Below, in pieces: positions 48,650 to 57,255 of a stretch of DNA of 62,719 nt (position 1 is the first letter of the stretch; the number at the start of each line of letters is the position of its first letter). This stretch comes from an uncultured virus (IMG/VR IMGVR_UViG_3300002835_004837) (lineage: Duplodnaviria; Heunggongvirae; Uroviricota; Caudoviricetes), in the IMG/VR virus record IMGVR_UViG_3300002835_004837. One strand, written 5' to 3'. Under the pieces are notes generated by a model. It had not been told where the DNA came from. It saw nothing but the letters and a program-made list of their open reading frames with translations, and searched no databases. The translations under genes were made by a program, and so were the position numbers.

Positions 48650-49873
48650 TTAACCCTTCACATTTAGCACCTGACGGAGACGATGCACGATTTCCACAAG
48701 GTCATCCTGTGCAGCCATGACCGCACCAATGTCCTTGTAGGCAGCCGGTGACTCGTCAATTACATCAGCGTCCTTACGGCATTCGATACCCTCGGTCGCC
48801 TTGATATGATCATCCAGCGTGATTGCCTTACGAGCCGCATTGCGGGACATACGACGACCAGCACCATGAGAACACGAACAAAACGAATCCTGGTTACCAA
48901 GACCACGGACAATGAACGAACCCGTACCCATCGAACCCGGGATAATACCCAGATCGTCCTTACGGGCACGAACCGCACCCTTACGGGTCACCCACACATT
49001 CTTGCCAAAGTGGTTCTCCTTAGCAATATAGTTGTGGTGACAGTTCACAGCCTTTTCATCAGAAACAACGAAAGCCGGTAAACGCTCACGAAGAACCTTT
49101 AGCACGGCATCCATCATTAACTGACGGTTAAGAGCAGCAAACTCCTGTGCCCAAGATACAGCCTCTACATAATCATCGAACAGTTCCGTATGTTCTACAA
49201 GATAGGACAAGTCCTGATCCGGTAGATACGGCAGGATATGATAGCGTTCCATTTCACGCTTTGCAGCATCAATGAAATACTGACCAATCTTGTTACCTAC
49301 ACCACGGGACCCGGAGTGCAGCATTACCCACACATAGTCATCCTCATCAAGACACAGTTCGATAAAGTGGTTGCCCGTTCCCAGGGTACCCAGGAACTCA
49401 ACATCCTTATGGGACTTGATCTTCGGGTGCTTCTCAACGATCTTCGCATAGCGATCCGCCAGAATGTTCCATGCACCAGCAACATTCAGCGGCATATCAA
49501 GCCAGGTACCACGATCATTCTTACCACCGTTGTCGGTACGACCATGCGGAACCACGGACTCGATATGAGAACGCAGCGAGTGAAGGTTGTCCGGTAGATC
49601 GTTCGCCGTCAATGACAGACGAACAGCCATCATACCACAACCGATATCAACACCAACAGCAGCCGGCACAACTGCACCAACCGTCGGAATAACCGACCCA
49701 ACCGTTGCACCCTTGCCAAGATGGACGTCCGGCATAACAGCAACATGGCCCGCAATAAACGGGAGTGACGCAATGTTATCTAACTGGGTACGAGCATCAG
49801 CCTCGACCTCAACACCCTCGCACCACATCTTTAAACGCCCACCACGAGCGCCATCCACATACTGATATGCCAT
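48650..49873 (-). CDS. rtcB: RtcB RNA ligase
   Basis: MPDVHLGKG, VGVDIGCGM, LGTLGTGNHFIE, LHSGSRG, HHNY, RKGA, IPGSMG, SHGAGR, DESP.AYK. Confidence 0.97.
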   Translation of the reverse strand: MAYQYVDGARGGRLKMWCEGVEVEADARTQLDNIASLPFIAGHVAVMPDVHLGKGATVGSVIPTVGAVVPAAVGVDIGCGMMAVRLSLTANDLPDNLHSLRSHIESVVPHGRTDNGGKNDRGTWLDMPLNVAGAWNILADRYAKIVEKHPKIKSHKDVEFLGTLGTGNHFIELCLDEDDYVWVMLHSGSRGVGNKIGQYFIDAAKREMERYHILPYLPDQDLSYLVEHTELFDDYVEAVSWAQEFAALNRQLMMDAVLKVLRERLPAFVVSDEKAVNCHHNYIAKENHFGKNVWVTRKGAVRARKDDLGIIPGSMGTGSFIVRGLGNQDSFCSCSHGAGRRMSRNAARKAITLDDHIKATEGIECRKDADVIDESPAAYKDIGAVMAAQDDLVEIVHRLRQVLNVKG

Positions 49874-49888
49874 TTAATTTCTCCTTGT

Positions 49889-50071
49889 TTATTCTATAAC
49901 TTCAACTCTATCTTCTGCCTGCATATACCAATCAGGTGCAGTATCGCTAACATTCTGTTCGTTTACAAACTTAATACGAGATTTTGCTTCTTCATAAGTA
50001 TTGTATTCTTCGGTCCAATACTCTTGTCCCCAACCACGTTCCGACTCTAAAAGAAAGATACGATATCTCAT
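49889..50071 (-). CDS. Hypothetical protein
   Basis: MRYRIF..ESERGWGQ...APDWY. Confidence 0.6.
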   Translation of the reverse strand: MRYRIFLLESERGWGQEYWTEEYNTYEEAKSRIKFVNEQNVSDTAPDWYMQAEDRVEVIE

Positions 50072-50235
50072 TACCGAACCTCCACACAATTGCCACTATA
50101 ACCAGACTTAAGAAGGTAGTAATTTATATAGCGTTTAACAGCTACTCTGGAAATGCCTCGAAAGACAATATCCTTATTAGCACCCATATAGATTGTCAGA
50201 TTGAAAGTCTGCACATTAGCCATTATATATCTCCT

Positions 50236-50463
50236 TTAGAAGTGAGCCGAGTCATCGTATGTAAATTCGTTAATATCATTACCATTAGGACCGAATGCCT
50301 GCGACTCATCACCTTTAGCAAAGACAATCACATCACCTTCCGCAATCTCTCGCTGTGCCCTACGGTCCCAGAACCTATGAATAAAGTCTGGTTTGCCAAA
50401 CACTTTGACGGCATTATTGTAACGGTCATCTTTGAAACCGACAAAGTGTAAAGCATTTTTCAT
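50236..50463 (-). CDS. Conserved phage hypothetical protein
   Basis: HFVGF..D.Y..AV.VFG.PDFIHR.WD.RA. Confidence 0.65.
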   Translation of the reverse strand: MKNALHFVGFKDDRYNNAVKVFGKPDFIHRFWDRRAQREIAEGDVIVFAKGDESQAFGPNGNDINEFTYDDSAHF

Positions 50464-50652
50464 TTAGTTCATCCCATCAAGATAAGCGATAAACAGGACG
50501 CCGATTGTAAGACCGACCGTGAGTGTCATAAGAGCGACAATCTGCACAAACTTTGAATCATCAATCATATTAGTCCTCCATGTTCAAGAGTGCGACAAGG
50601 GCGAGAATGCTGGGAACGCCAAACAGGATTATAAACATTATAAGGTCTGTCA

Positions 50653-50859
50653 TTATACAACCTCTCCTATTGCATCACCATAGTTATCAAACTCATTCAC
50701 ATCGATTCCGATCTTCGTGATATACACTTCATCGGACGAGTTATCAGACAAATAGCTGATTTCAGCTTCACGAGCCTTTGCATAGTCGGAATATATGCCT
50801 AAGCAGATATCACAACCCTCATAAGCATCAACAGCGTACCACAATCCGAAAACTTGCAT
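50653..50859 (-). CDS. Hypothetical early protein
   Basis: YEG....GIYS...A motif. Confidence 0.55.
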   Translation of the reverse strand: MQVFGLWYAVDAYEGCDICLGIYSDYAKAREAEISYLSDNSSDEVYITKIGIDVNEFDNYGDAIGEVV

Positions 50860-50863
50860 AAGA

Positions 50864-51031
50864 TTATCCTTTCACATTGATAGACTTGCCACGGGTAATG
50901 CCGCTCTTGGGGCGTTTAGCGGGCTTAGCCACTTTAATAGTGCCACCCTTTTCAAAATAGTTAATGAGAGCATTGAGAGTGGCCAGGTCGGACTTGAGGA
51001 GACCCTTGTTAACGAAGCGAGCATTAGACAT
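50864..51031 (-). CDS. 55-aa basic early peptide with SutA-like motif (not in the ORF track)
   Basis: MSNARFVNKGLLKSDLATLNALINYFEKGGTIKVAKPAKRPK...; SD AAGGA; first ORF after promoter 3. Confidence 0.6.
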   Translation of the reverse strand: MSNARFVNKGLLKSDLATLNALINYFEKGGTIKVAKPAKRPKSGITRGKSINVKG

Positions 51032-51063
51032 GATGTTTTCCTTTGTTTCTCGATTATGGGTAT

Positions 51064-51110
51064 ATCATACAGGAACGGAACCGATTTGTCTATGCGACAT
51101 GTTGTCGCAC
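51064..51110 (-). promoter_or_regulatory. Early promoter 3 with palindromic box abutting the -35
   Basis: TGCGACAtgtTGTCGCAC at 51093-51110; TAGACA-17-TATGAT. Confidence 0.7.
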
Positions 51111-51114
51111 CCTG

Positions 51115-51357
51115 TCACAGTCTCTTACTGCTAAGGCCCCGCTTAAGCAAGCGGAGGATTTTTGCCTCGATTTGCCATACCCTATGGTCAGATATACCGA
51201 TTTCCTCAGCGATAGCGCCCAAAGTCTGGTTTTGATAGAAGCGCCTAACAGCGACAAAACGCTGGCGGGGTTCGAGACTTTCAATTGCCTCTTTAAGGAC
51301 AATCTTAAGGTCCATTTCGTGCATATTGATAAGATCGACAAAGATGGGATTAGACAT
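51115..51357 (-). CDS. Stand-alone sigma70 region-4 HTH protein
   Basis: L..L.PRQR.V...RF....TL..IAEE.GIS..RV.QIE.K.LR.LK. Confidence 0.85.
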   Translation of the reverse strand: MSNPIFVDLINMHEMDLKIVLKEAIESLEPRQRFVAVRRFYQNQTLGAIAEEIGISDHRVWQIEAKILRLLKRGLSSKRL

Positions 51358-51450
51358 TTTAAACTCCCAGTTTGAATGCGGCTTGAAATGCTACGAAGTC
51401 AGAAAATGACTCCGCATTTTCGATTATTAGAATATAGAAGCGATGTTTCA

Positions 51451-51771
51451 TTATCGAACATCCGTGTTAAGTTTCGGTTTACGAGTGCGGATCAATTCAC
51501 GCTCAATTTCATGAGCATTTGATTTGCCACGAACGATTTGAACCACCTCAACAGTGAATGCCTCAGGGCCATACTTGCGAATTGCAAGCGACAATTTCCA
51601 CGCTTTATCTTCTGACATGGCCCGCTGGACATGTTTCTGCCAGCGGCGCTTAAGGGACTTAGACGGGGAACGATCATTAACAATCGTGACCCCGATATAT
51701 TCCCGCTTGCCAATAGCCAAGCTATAGATTATGTGATTCGTGTCGCTGCGGCGTTTGCGTTTCTTGATCAT
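51451..51771 (-). CDS. Small GIY-YIG nuclease
   Basis: HIIY...EYIGVT...RW.KH...AIRKYG...AH..E.ELI...LN; start probably at 51771. Confidence 0.75.
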   Translation of the reverse strand: MIKKRKRRSDTNHIIYSLAIGKREYIGVTIVNDRSPSKSLKRRWQKHVQRAMSEDKAWKLSLAIRKYGPEAFTVEVVQIVRGKSNAHEIERELIRTRKPKLNTDVR

Positions 51772-51777
51772 GCTCAT

Positions 51778-51879
51778 ATAATAGGACAAAACGGAACGGA
51801 AGTCAAGCGAAAAAAGTGCGACAAGATGTCGCACCTCTAAGTCTTTGATTTTATTAGAGATTTCTGTAAGTGCTTGATT
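51778..51879 (-). promoter_or_regulatory. Early promoter 4 with palindromic box and two IHF-consensus sites
   Basis: TTGACT-17-TATTAT; GTGCGACAagaTGTCGCAC at 51816-51834; AATCAAnnnnTTA at 51838-51850 and 51867-51879. Confidence 0.7.
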
Positions 51880-51906
51880 TTGCTTAGGATTGATCTATGT
51901 CAATCT

Positions 51907-52449
51907 CTACAAAATTGGTAGACTATTCCGCTGAAATGTCACCCACCGAGTTTCGGTCGTTTCGACCTTCTCTGGCGTAAAGAGGCACCATCCACATCTT
52001 ACGGTGCCGTTACCATTTACAATTCTACCGTCTTCGGTTTCGAACTTGATCAGGCTGCTAACGATATGCAGTTTGGATAGTTGTTTGGTATATGCATTGC
52101 GCTTTTGCGTGGACAAAGGCTCAATTCTAATCAGCAGGAGAGCAGGGATCTTCCATTCATATAGACAACGATCCAGCAATTCATATTGGGCAAAGAAAGG
52201 AGGGTTGGTCACAACAGCATCGATATTCGCTGGCTTATCGCATGTGAGCATATCCAGCTTATCGATACCATCACACATAGGATAAATGTCAGATGCATAT
52301 GACACACCCGACAAGTTTTTGCTAATAGCACCATCGCCAGCGCATGGCTCCCACCATCTAAGGTTTGGGTCCATTAGATCCTTTGCCAGTAATACCGCAT
52401 CAACCGGTGTTCTGTAAAAGTCACGGTCTGCACGGTCTCTCTTTCTCAT
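51907..52449 (-). CDS. DNA amino-methyltransferase (N6-adenine type)
   Basis: DFY.TP, WEPCAGDGAI (motif I), VTNPPF (motif IV); ATGA-coupled to the upstream nuclease. Confidence 0.85.
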   Translation of the reverse strand: MRKRDRADRDFYRTPVDAVLLAKDLMDPNLRWWEPCAGDGAISKNLSGVSYASDIYPMCDGIDKLDMLTCDKPANIDAVVTNPPFFAQYELLDRCLYEWKIPALLLIRIEPLSTQKRNAYTKQLSKLHIVSSLIKFETEDGRIVNGNGTVRCGWCLFTPEKVETTETRWVTFQRNSLPIL

Positions 52450-53099
52450 ATGTTCCAATCCTTATGGTTGTTCAGGCCATTGTTTCTAACAGTTTCTTCG
52501 TCAAGAAACAGCCAATTGCTTCTCAGCTTGATCTTACCCGTCTTATTGATAGAGCATGAGGGTGTGGTCTTTGAACCAGCTTTGCCAGCAGACGGCTTCG
52601 GCCAATCGTTTTCGGTTAGCTTGTCAGTGTATGTAATGCCAACAATGAACGGCACACCATTCTTCCACATCCATATGACATTCAAAACAGAGGTCGTATA
52701 GACATGGTGAGCAGATGCATTCGTATCAATCTTAGCATCTTCGGCAATGAACTTTGATTTAACATCAAAGCCACCCTTCTTAAAGTCTTCTAATGTAGGA
52801 GACTCTAGCCACTTTTTAGCTTCTTTTGTATTGGGAAGAATGTCGGGATAGCCATCCGGATGGGGATTCGTCTTCAAGTCATCCGATTCATCGACCAACA
52901 TTTGTGCAAATGCTTCGCCAATCCCGCCCGAGATATTTCTCATCGGAACATAGTTCGCAGGATCATACTTATGCCGCTTTTTGTAGGCATCTTTAAATAT
53001 GGCGTGTGATTTGTTTAAGACTTTCTCAAGCTTGTCCATATCGAACTTATGGACAGGCGAGAACTTTAGATAAGCCTTGTTATTCCGTAAATAAGCCAT
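52446..53099 (-). CDS. Putative restriction endonuclease-like PD-(D/E)XK nuclease
   Basis: GE...YPD...FDVK catalytic pattern; coupled to an MTase. Confidence 0.6.
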   Translation of the reverse strand: MAYLRNNKAYLKFSPVHKFDMDKLEKVLNKSHAIFKDAYKKRHKYDPANYVPMRNISGGIGEAFAQMLVDESDDLKTNPHPDGYPDILPNTKEAKKWLESPTLEDFKKGGFDVKSKFIAEDAKIDTNASAHHVYTTSVLNVIWMWKNGVPFIVGITYTDKLTENDWPKPSAGKAGSKTTPSCSINKTGKIKLRSNWLFLDEETVRNNGLNNHKDWNI

Positions 53100-53104
53100 G
53101 ACTT

Positions 53105-53161
53105 ATTCCTTTTCCTCAGCGACTATAACTTCTATTATACACTAAGGAAAAGGAATGTCAA
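53105..53161 (-). promoter_or_regulatory. sigma70 promoter bracketed by a 12-bp inverted repeat
   Basis: TTGACA-16-TATAAT; attccttttcct (53105-53116) / aggaaaaggaat (53145-53156). Confidence 0.75.
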
Positions 53162-53179
53162 GGACTTTTTTGTTGTCAA

Positions 53180-53377
53180 TCAATGCTCATAAAAATCATC
53201 AACCTCATCGAAGTCATCCGTGTGTTCCATCCAGGCTTTCTTGAGGTTCTTGATGGGACGCTTTTTGTTAACATCGGTTTGCGGCCTTTCGAGTCGCTTA
53301 CCACCATACTTCTTATCTTCCTCATATAGTTCGGCATATAGAGGATCGTGCTTGAAACTAGGAGACTTGTTTTTCAT
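53180..53377 (-). CDS. Hypothetical protein
   Basis: Likely start MKNKSPSF just after the SprT-like gene. Confidence 0.5.
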   Translation of the reverse strand: MKNKSPSFKHDPLYAELYEEDKKYGGKRLERPQTDVNKKRPIKNLKKAWMEHTDDFDEVDDFYEH

Positions 53378-53378
53378 A

Positions 53379-53783
53379 TCATGCAACCCTATAAAGTTTA
53401 AGTCCTTTAAGTTGAAGGTTATCACTCCAGGCTCGGAATGACGGACCATGTCCGAGTGGTTCATTGAATGTATGTTGGAATAAGTGTATCATTTCATGTG
53501 CTAGAATTTCTACAAACTCCTTCTTGCTACTAAACACCTTTGTCATTACTAGGATCGATCCTTTTTCTTTATCTCCTGGCCAGTAGAGAAAAAGAGCATG
53601 GACCCCCCTCGGTCGACCAATACGTATTTCATCGAACTCGGATAGTTTGTTGCCGAAAATTTGTTGATTAAGTATGACGAACCATTCTTTGATGTCACCA
53701 ATTGTTGGGCGGTATTTGGTACTGTCATACGCCAACTCCTTTAGAAGTTTACGATTGTGGTAGTAGTCCGGGGAACGCTTCAT
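53379..53783 (-). CDS. SprT-like zinc metalloprotease
   Basis: LN..IFGNKL, ILAHEMIH..Q, HGPSF. Confidence 0.8.
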   Translation of the reverse strand: MKRSPDYYHNRKLLKELAYDSTKYRPTIGDIKEWFVILNQQIFGNKLSEFDEIRIGRPRGVHALFLYWPGDKEKGSILVMTKVFSSKKEFVEILAHEMIHLFQHTFNEPLGHGPSFRAWSDNLQLKGLKLYRVA

Positions 53784-54183
53784 TGACCAACAACGGGGTT
53801 AGATATGGAACATTTAAATCTTTCTTGAGCATACCAGCAAACACATCGGCTTCCTTTTCCTCAAGAGACTCCAAAATCTGAATTAGAATTTCAGTCTTTC
53901 TCTTATCGGTTAGGTCAGGCGACACTCGTGGGTTACCCTTAACGAAAAGATATACCCGTGATAAAGCCTCAGTCATATGTCCGTAAGACATGCCAGCAGG
54001 CATTTGTTCACGCTTGAATGCAGGAATCTCAGTCACAGTATATTGAATGTCTGGGTTGAATGTGCCTAGCAATACATTTCGTAGTGCATAGGAGTCATTC
54101 TTACGGAGAACATCGATCCTATCCTGCTTTGTCTTAACATTGCGAAAGTCATCTAGGACTTCATAGATATTTTTGATTGCCAT
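53749..54183 (-). CDS. Conserved T4-like hypothetical protein adjacent to rnh
   Basis: I.EVL...YLFVKGN...K.E...IQ.LE.L...EA...V.EAFPGL. Confidence 0.75.
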   Translation of the reverse strand: MAIKNIYEVLDDFRNVKTKQDRIDVLRKNDSYALRNVLLGTFNPDIQYTVTEIPAFKREQMPAGMSYGHMTEALSRVYLFVKGNPRVSPDLTDKRKTEILIQILESLEEKEADVFAGMLKKDLNVPYLTPLLVNEAFPGLLPQS

Positions 54184-54191
54184 TGTTTCCT

Positions 54192-55052
54192 CTAAAAATC
54201 GTTTATGCTTTCAATCATCACTTTAAGGCCTTTGTCAATAAAGTAATTAAGCATCTTCTCTTTTGACGCAGGCTTAGCGTTATCAAAGGCCTCTACAATC
54301 TTCGCCTGTATCTCATTAGGTATATAGTCAAAATCAACCAACATCTGATTACGCTTATAACCACGAAGCATATCATCCGTAGTGCAAAACTCAGTGGCAT
54401 CCTTCTGCACCCATTCGTTAAGCTTTTTGCTATTTATGGGCTTCTGTCTTTCACCAGCAGCGAATGTATTGTCAGCAGATAGAAAGTTAGGAATGCCATC
54501 GCCACGATCACCCTTAATGATATGCTCCTTGATAAACACGGAGGGATTATCAATCTTGATGAACCGCTTTAGAATAGGAGAATACTGGGTGACATTGGGA
54601 TACTTCTGCAACTGACCGAAGTCCTTGTCACTTGAAAGAATGAGGACCTGATCATGGTTTGCATAACGAGCCGATAGGACTGCAATCACATCGTCAGCCT
54701 CGGCACCATCAACATCGATAACCCTGTAGGGGAAATATTCTTTTAGTTCGTCACGGATACGATTGAGAGTATCGAAGATCAAACCCCAATCAAGGCCCGA
54801 AGCCTCACGGTCGACCTTACGCTGCGACTTATAGAAGGGAAAATAGTCACGACGCCAGTAATGCTTAGAGTCACAGCAAAGCACCACATTAGGATACTTA
54901 GACTTGAACTGGCGCACATTTGAGCGAATGGTATTGATGCACATATGGCGAATCAATGCCTCATTCATTTCGTTTTCTTTTGTAGCAAACTTGAGGTGCT
55001 GCATCAAGTTTGAGATTAGAACCTGATTGAGGTCTACAAACATGTAAGACAT
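54192..55052 (-). CDS. rnh: T4-type RNase H (5'-3' exonuclease)
   Basis: VDLNQ, YWRR..FP.YK..R, EADD.I, SSDKDF.QL, GD.GDGIPN. Confidence 0.95.
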   Translation of the reverse strand: MSYMFVDLNQVLISNLMQHLKFATKENEMNEALIRHMCINTIRSNVRQFKSKYPNVVLCCDSKHYWRRDYFPFYKSQRKVDREASGLDWGLIFDTLNRIRDELKEYFPYRVIDVDGAEADDVIAVLSARYANHDQVLILSSDKDFGQLQKYPNVTQYSPILKRFIKIDNPSVFIKEHIIKGDRGDGIPNFLSADNTFAAGERQKPINSKKLNEWVQKDATEFCTTDDMLRGYKRNQMLVDFDYIPNEIQAKIVEAFDNAKPASKEKMLNYFIDKGLKVMIESINDF

Positions 55053-55085
55053 AATATATTCCTTTTTGAGCGTAGATTTATTCTA

Positions 55086-55487
55086 TCACTCTTCCTCTTC
55101 GGTGTCAAGACTTTCCTTTGCTTCGGAAAGTTCTTTTATCACCGTTTCAATCCGTTCACGGAGGTCTTCCTTAGACATATCCTCTAGATCACCCTCGATT
55201 ACGGTAATGTTCTTATCAACAAAATCGTGCAGGTGATGGTCGATATCAAACTGTCTATATACGGCTGCCTTTAGTGCATCCACAACTAGGATAAAGTCTT
55301 TAGCAAACTGTTTGTCCTGTACCTCGACATAGTAGTTATCCAGTTCTGTAATGATAAGACCTGTAATTTCATCCACAATTGTATCGGCCAGCTTTTGATC
55401 TGCCTTCGCCTGCCGAGCCTTTAGATGCTCCTCGGGCACTTCACGAACGACCTTATTCTTTGGAAATTCTATTACCTTGTCTGTCAT
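55086..55487 (-). CDS. Conserved hypothetical protein
   Basis: KVIEFP N-terminus; H.LH..VD; usual neighbour of rnh. Confidence 0.6.
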   Translation of the reverse strand: MTDKVIEFPKNKVVREVPEEHLKARQAKADQKLADTIVDEITGLIITELDNYYVEVQDKQFAKDFILVVDALKAAVYRQFDIDHHLHDFVDKNITVIEGDLEDMSKEDLRERIETVIKELSEAKESLDTEEEE

Positions 55488-55589
55488 TTTTATTCCTTAT
55501 TTCTATGTATGTACCATACAAGATAAGGCCAACGGTGATGACACCGGTAGCCATACCAAGATAGATCATAAACCAGATGCAATCAATGA

Positions 55590-56711
55590 TCATTTCACCA
55601 CCCGCAGTAGGATTGTATCCATGTTGATACGACCGTTAGCCTTAGCTTCTTTTGTTGTGATATTGTCCATAACCTTGCGAAGATAAATCTTACCACCTTC
55701 AAGCAGAGGCTTGATTACTGCTTCGGGTTTACGAAGTTTTTTGGTGATAGAAGTAGCTTCATCATATCCCGTAATGGTAGTCCCTCGGACACTAAGGCCC
55801 GAATGACCCACGGCATTATACACAGATAGATTGCGAGTTTTAACATTGAACACCCAAAGTTGTTCAGCACCAATAATAGTCTTGGGATCGACACTCTTAG
55901 CATATAGACAATCCTCGTGTTCGACACAATAACTCATTTTAGCCACTAGAACATGGGCAGGCTTCACCTTCTTCTTACGGGGCTTGCGAACAGCCTGACC
56001 CGCAGAATCCAGTTCAACCATATGATCAATGATACGCTTTATGAATAGAACCATGATCTTAAGAACCGGCTTACGCCAGTGCTTATACGAGTCAGCCAGT
56101 TCTTTGTCTTTGCCTTCGATGGCCTGACAGATTTCTTCGTATTGAGGACGGAAGTGTTCTGCAATCCTCTTCGCAATTTGCGGTTTAATTCCCTTCTCAA
56201 GGGTCCACTTCTTAACATCAAACTGAATAACTCCTTCTTGAAAGAAGACATCCAGTTGTTCTTCCAGTTCACCGATAAGATCGGATGCCTTGTGATTGAT
56301 ACGATCTTGGATCGAGATTACCTTCGTGACGGGCGCTTCCTCTCCTTCAACCACTTCATCGCTTCCTGATGCCGAGGATGCGAAGGATCGAATACGCTCA
56401 ATCGTTGTGTCCCAGAGATTATCAGGGAGAGTGGACCCTGCTTCAAGGAGTCGGCAGTTCCATCCGATCCAGTTGTTGAACTCATGGGGCTTGACTCGGG
56501 AGAGTTTGGTAATGATTTCTTTATCATACTTGATAGACTTGAGGTAGGAGATAGCGAACTTGAGAGAATCCTCGGAAGAATAGAAGTAGTTAAACCAGGT
56601 GTAGGCATTAGATAACTCCACCTGTGTAGAGTCCTCAGTAAGGCTCGGTTCGGGACCGAGATACTTTTCATCAGTGAACTTGGGGCGGCGAACAGCGGTA
56701 GCCTTTTTCAC
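55590..56711 (-). CDS. Conserved T4-like hypothetical protein
   Basis: GTG start after GGAG; W.NYFY, SIQDR, IIGA..LWVFN.KTR.L, KKLRKP, GRIN..TILL. Confidence 0.7.
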   Translation of the reverse strand: MKKATAVRRPKFTDEKYLGPEPSLTEDSTQVELSNAYTWFNYFYSSEDSLKFAISYLKSIKYDKEIITKLSRVKPHEFNNWIGWNCRLLEAGSTLPDNLWDTTIERIRSFASSASGSDEVVEGEEAPVTKVISIQDRINHKASDLIGELEEQLDVFFQEGVIQFDVKKWTLEKGIKPQIAKRIAEHFRPQYEEICQAIEGKDKELADSYKHWRKPVLKIMVLFIKRIIDHMVELDSAGQAVRKPRKKKVKPAHVLVAKMSYCVEHEDCLYAKSVDPKTIIGAEQLWVFNVKTRNLSVYNAVGHSGLSVRGTTITGYDEATSITKKLRKPEAVIKPLLEGGKIYLRKVMDNITTKEAKANGRINMDTILLRVVK

Positions 56712-56721
56712 TTTTTTCTCC

Positions 56722-57015
56722 TTATCCGAAGATGTAGCCATAGTCCTTGAACTCGTTGATAACACAAATTCCGTCTTCAAGGTATCCATAATCATAGCCC
56801 ATTTCCTCGGCCTTGTCAAGAGCCTCATTTAAGGAAAAGAACACTTCTGATTTTTCAAAGACGGATTTGATTGTCTGAATGTCGCCATCATAACGGAAAG
56901 TTTCCTCATTAAACTTACCGTAAATGGAATCGATAGCATGAGCATAAGCTACCCGATATTCGGGACCCTTTTCACTCTCGGTGAAAAGGACATAGATTCC
57001 GTTATCAGCAGACAT
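56722..57015 (-). CDS. Conserved phage hypothetical protein
   Basis: MSADNGIY...EYRV.YA.AID...LEDGI. Confidence 0.65.
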   Translation of the reverse strand: MSADNGIYVLFTESEKGPEYRVAYAHAIDSIYGKFNEETFRYDGDIQTIKSVFEKSEVFFSLNEALDKAEEMGYDYGYLEDGICVINEFKDYGYIFG

Positions 57016-57251
57016 TATTCTTCCTCCGGAAGATGATTAGAGAAAAAGGTGAAGATAACCAGACGGAAGAGCCAATGTAGCATGAAAGGTGCCCAAAGCG
57101 GCGATAGAGCCGCTACCCAGGTCCAGTCATCAAGATGGCCAGTTAGTTTAAGACCGATAAACAGTAGAGCAAGAGCATCCATGAAATTCACAGGTGCCTG
57201 ACTTGGGCTCAGATTAATCACTCGCACATTTTCTAGCTTGTTCATGTTCAT
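57015..57251 (-). CDS. Membrane protein
   Basis: LLFIGLKLTG..D.W.W...LSPLW.P. Confidence 0.7.
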   Translation of the reverse strand: MNMNKLENVRVINLSPSQAPVNFMDALALLFIGLKLTGHLDDWTWVAALSPLWAPFMLHWLFRLVIFTFFSNHLPEEE

Positions 57252-57255
57252 CTAA

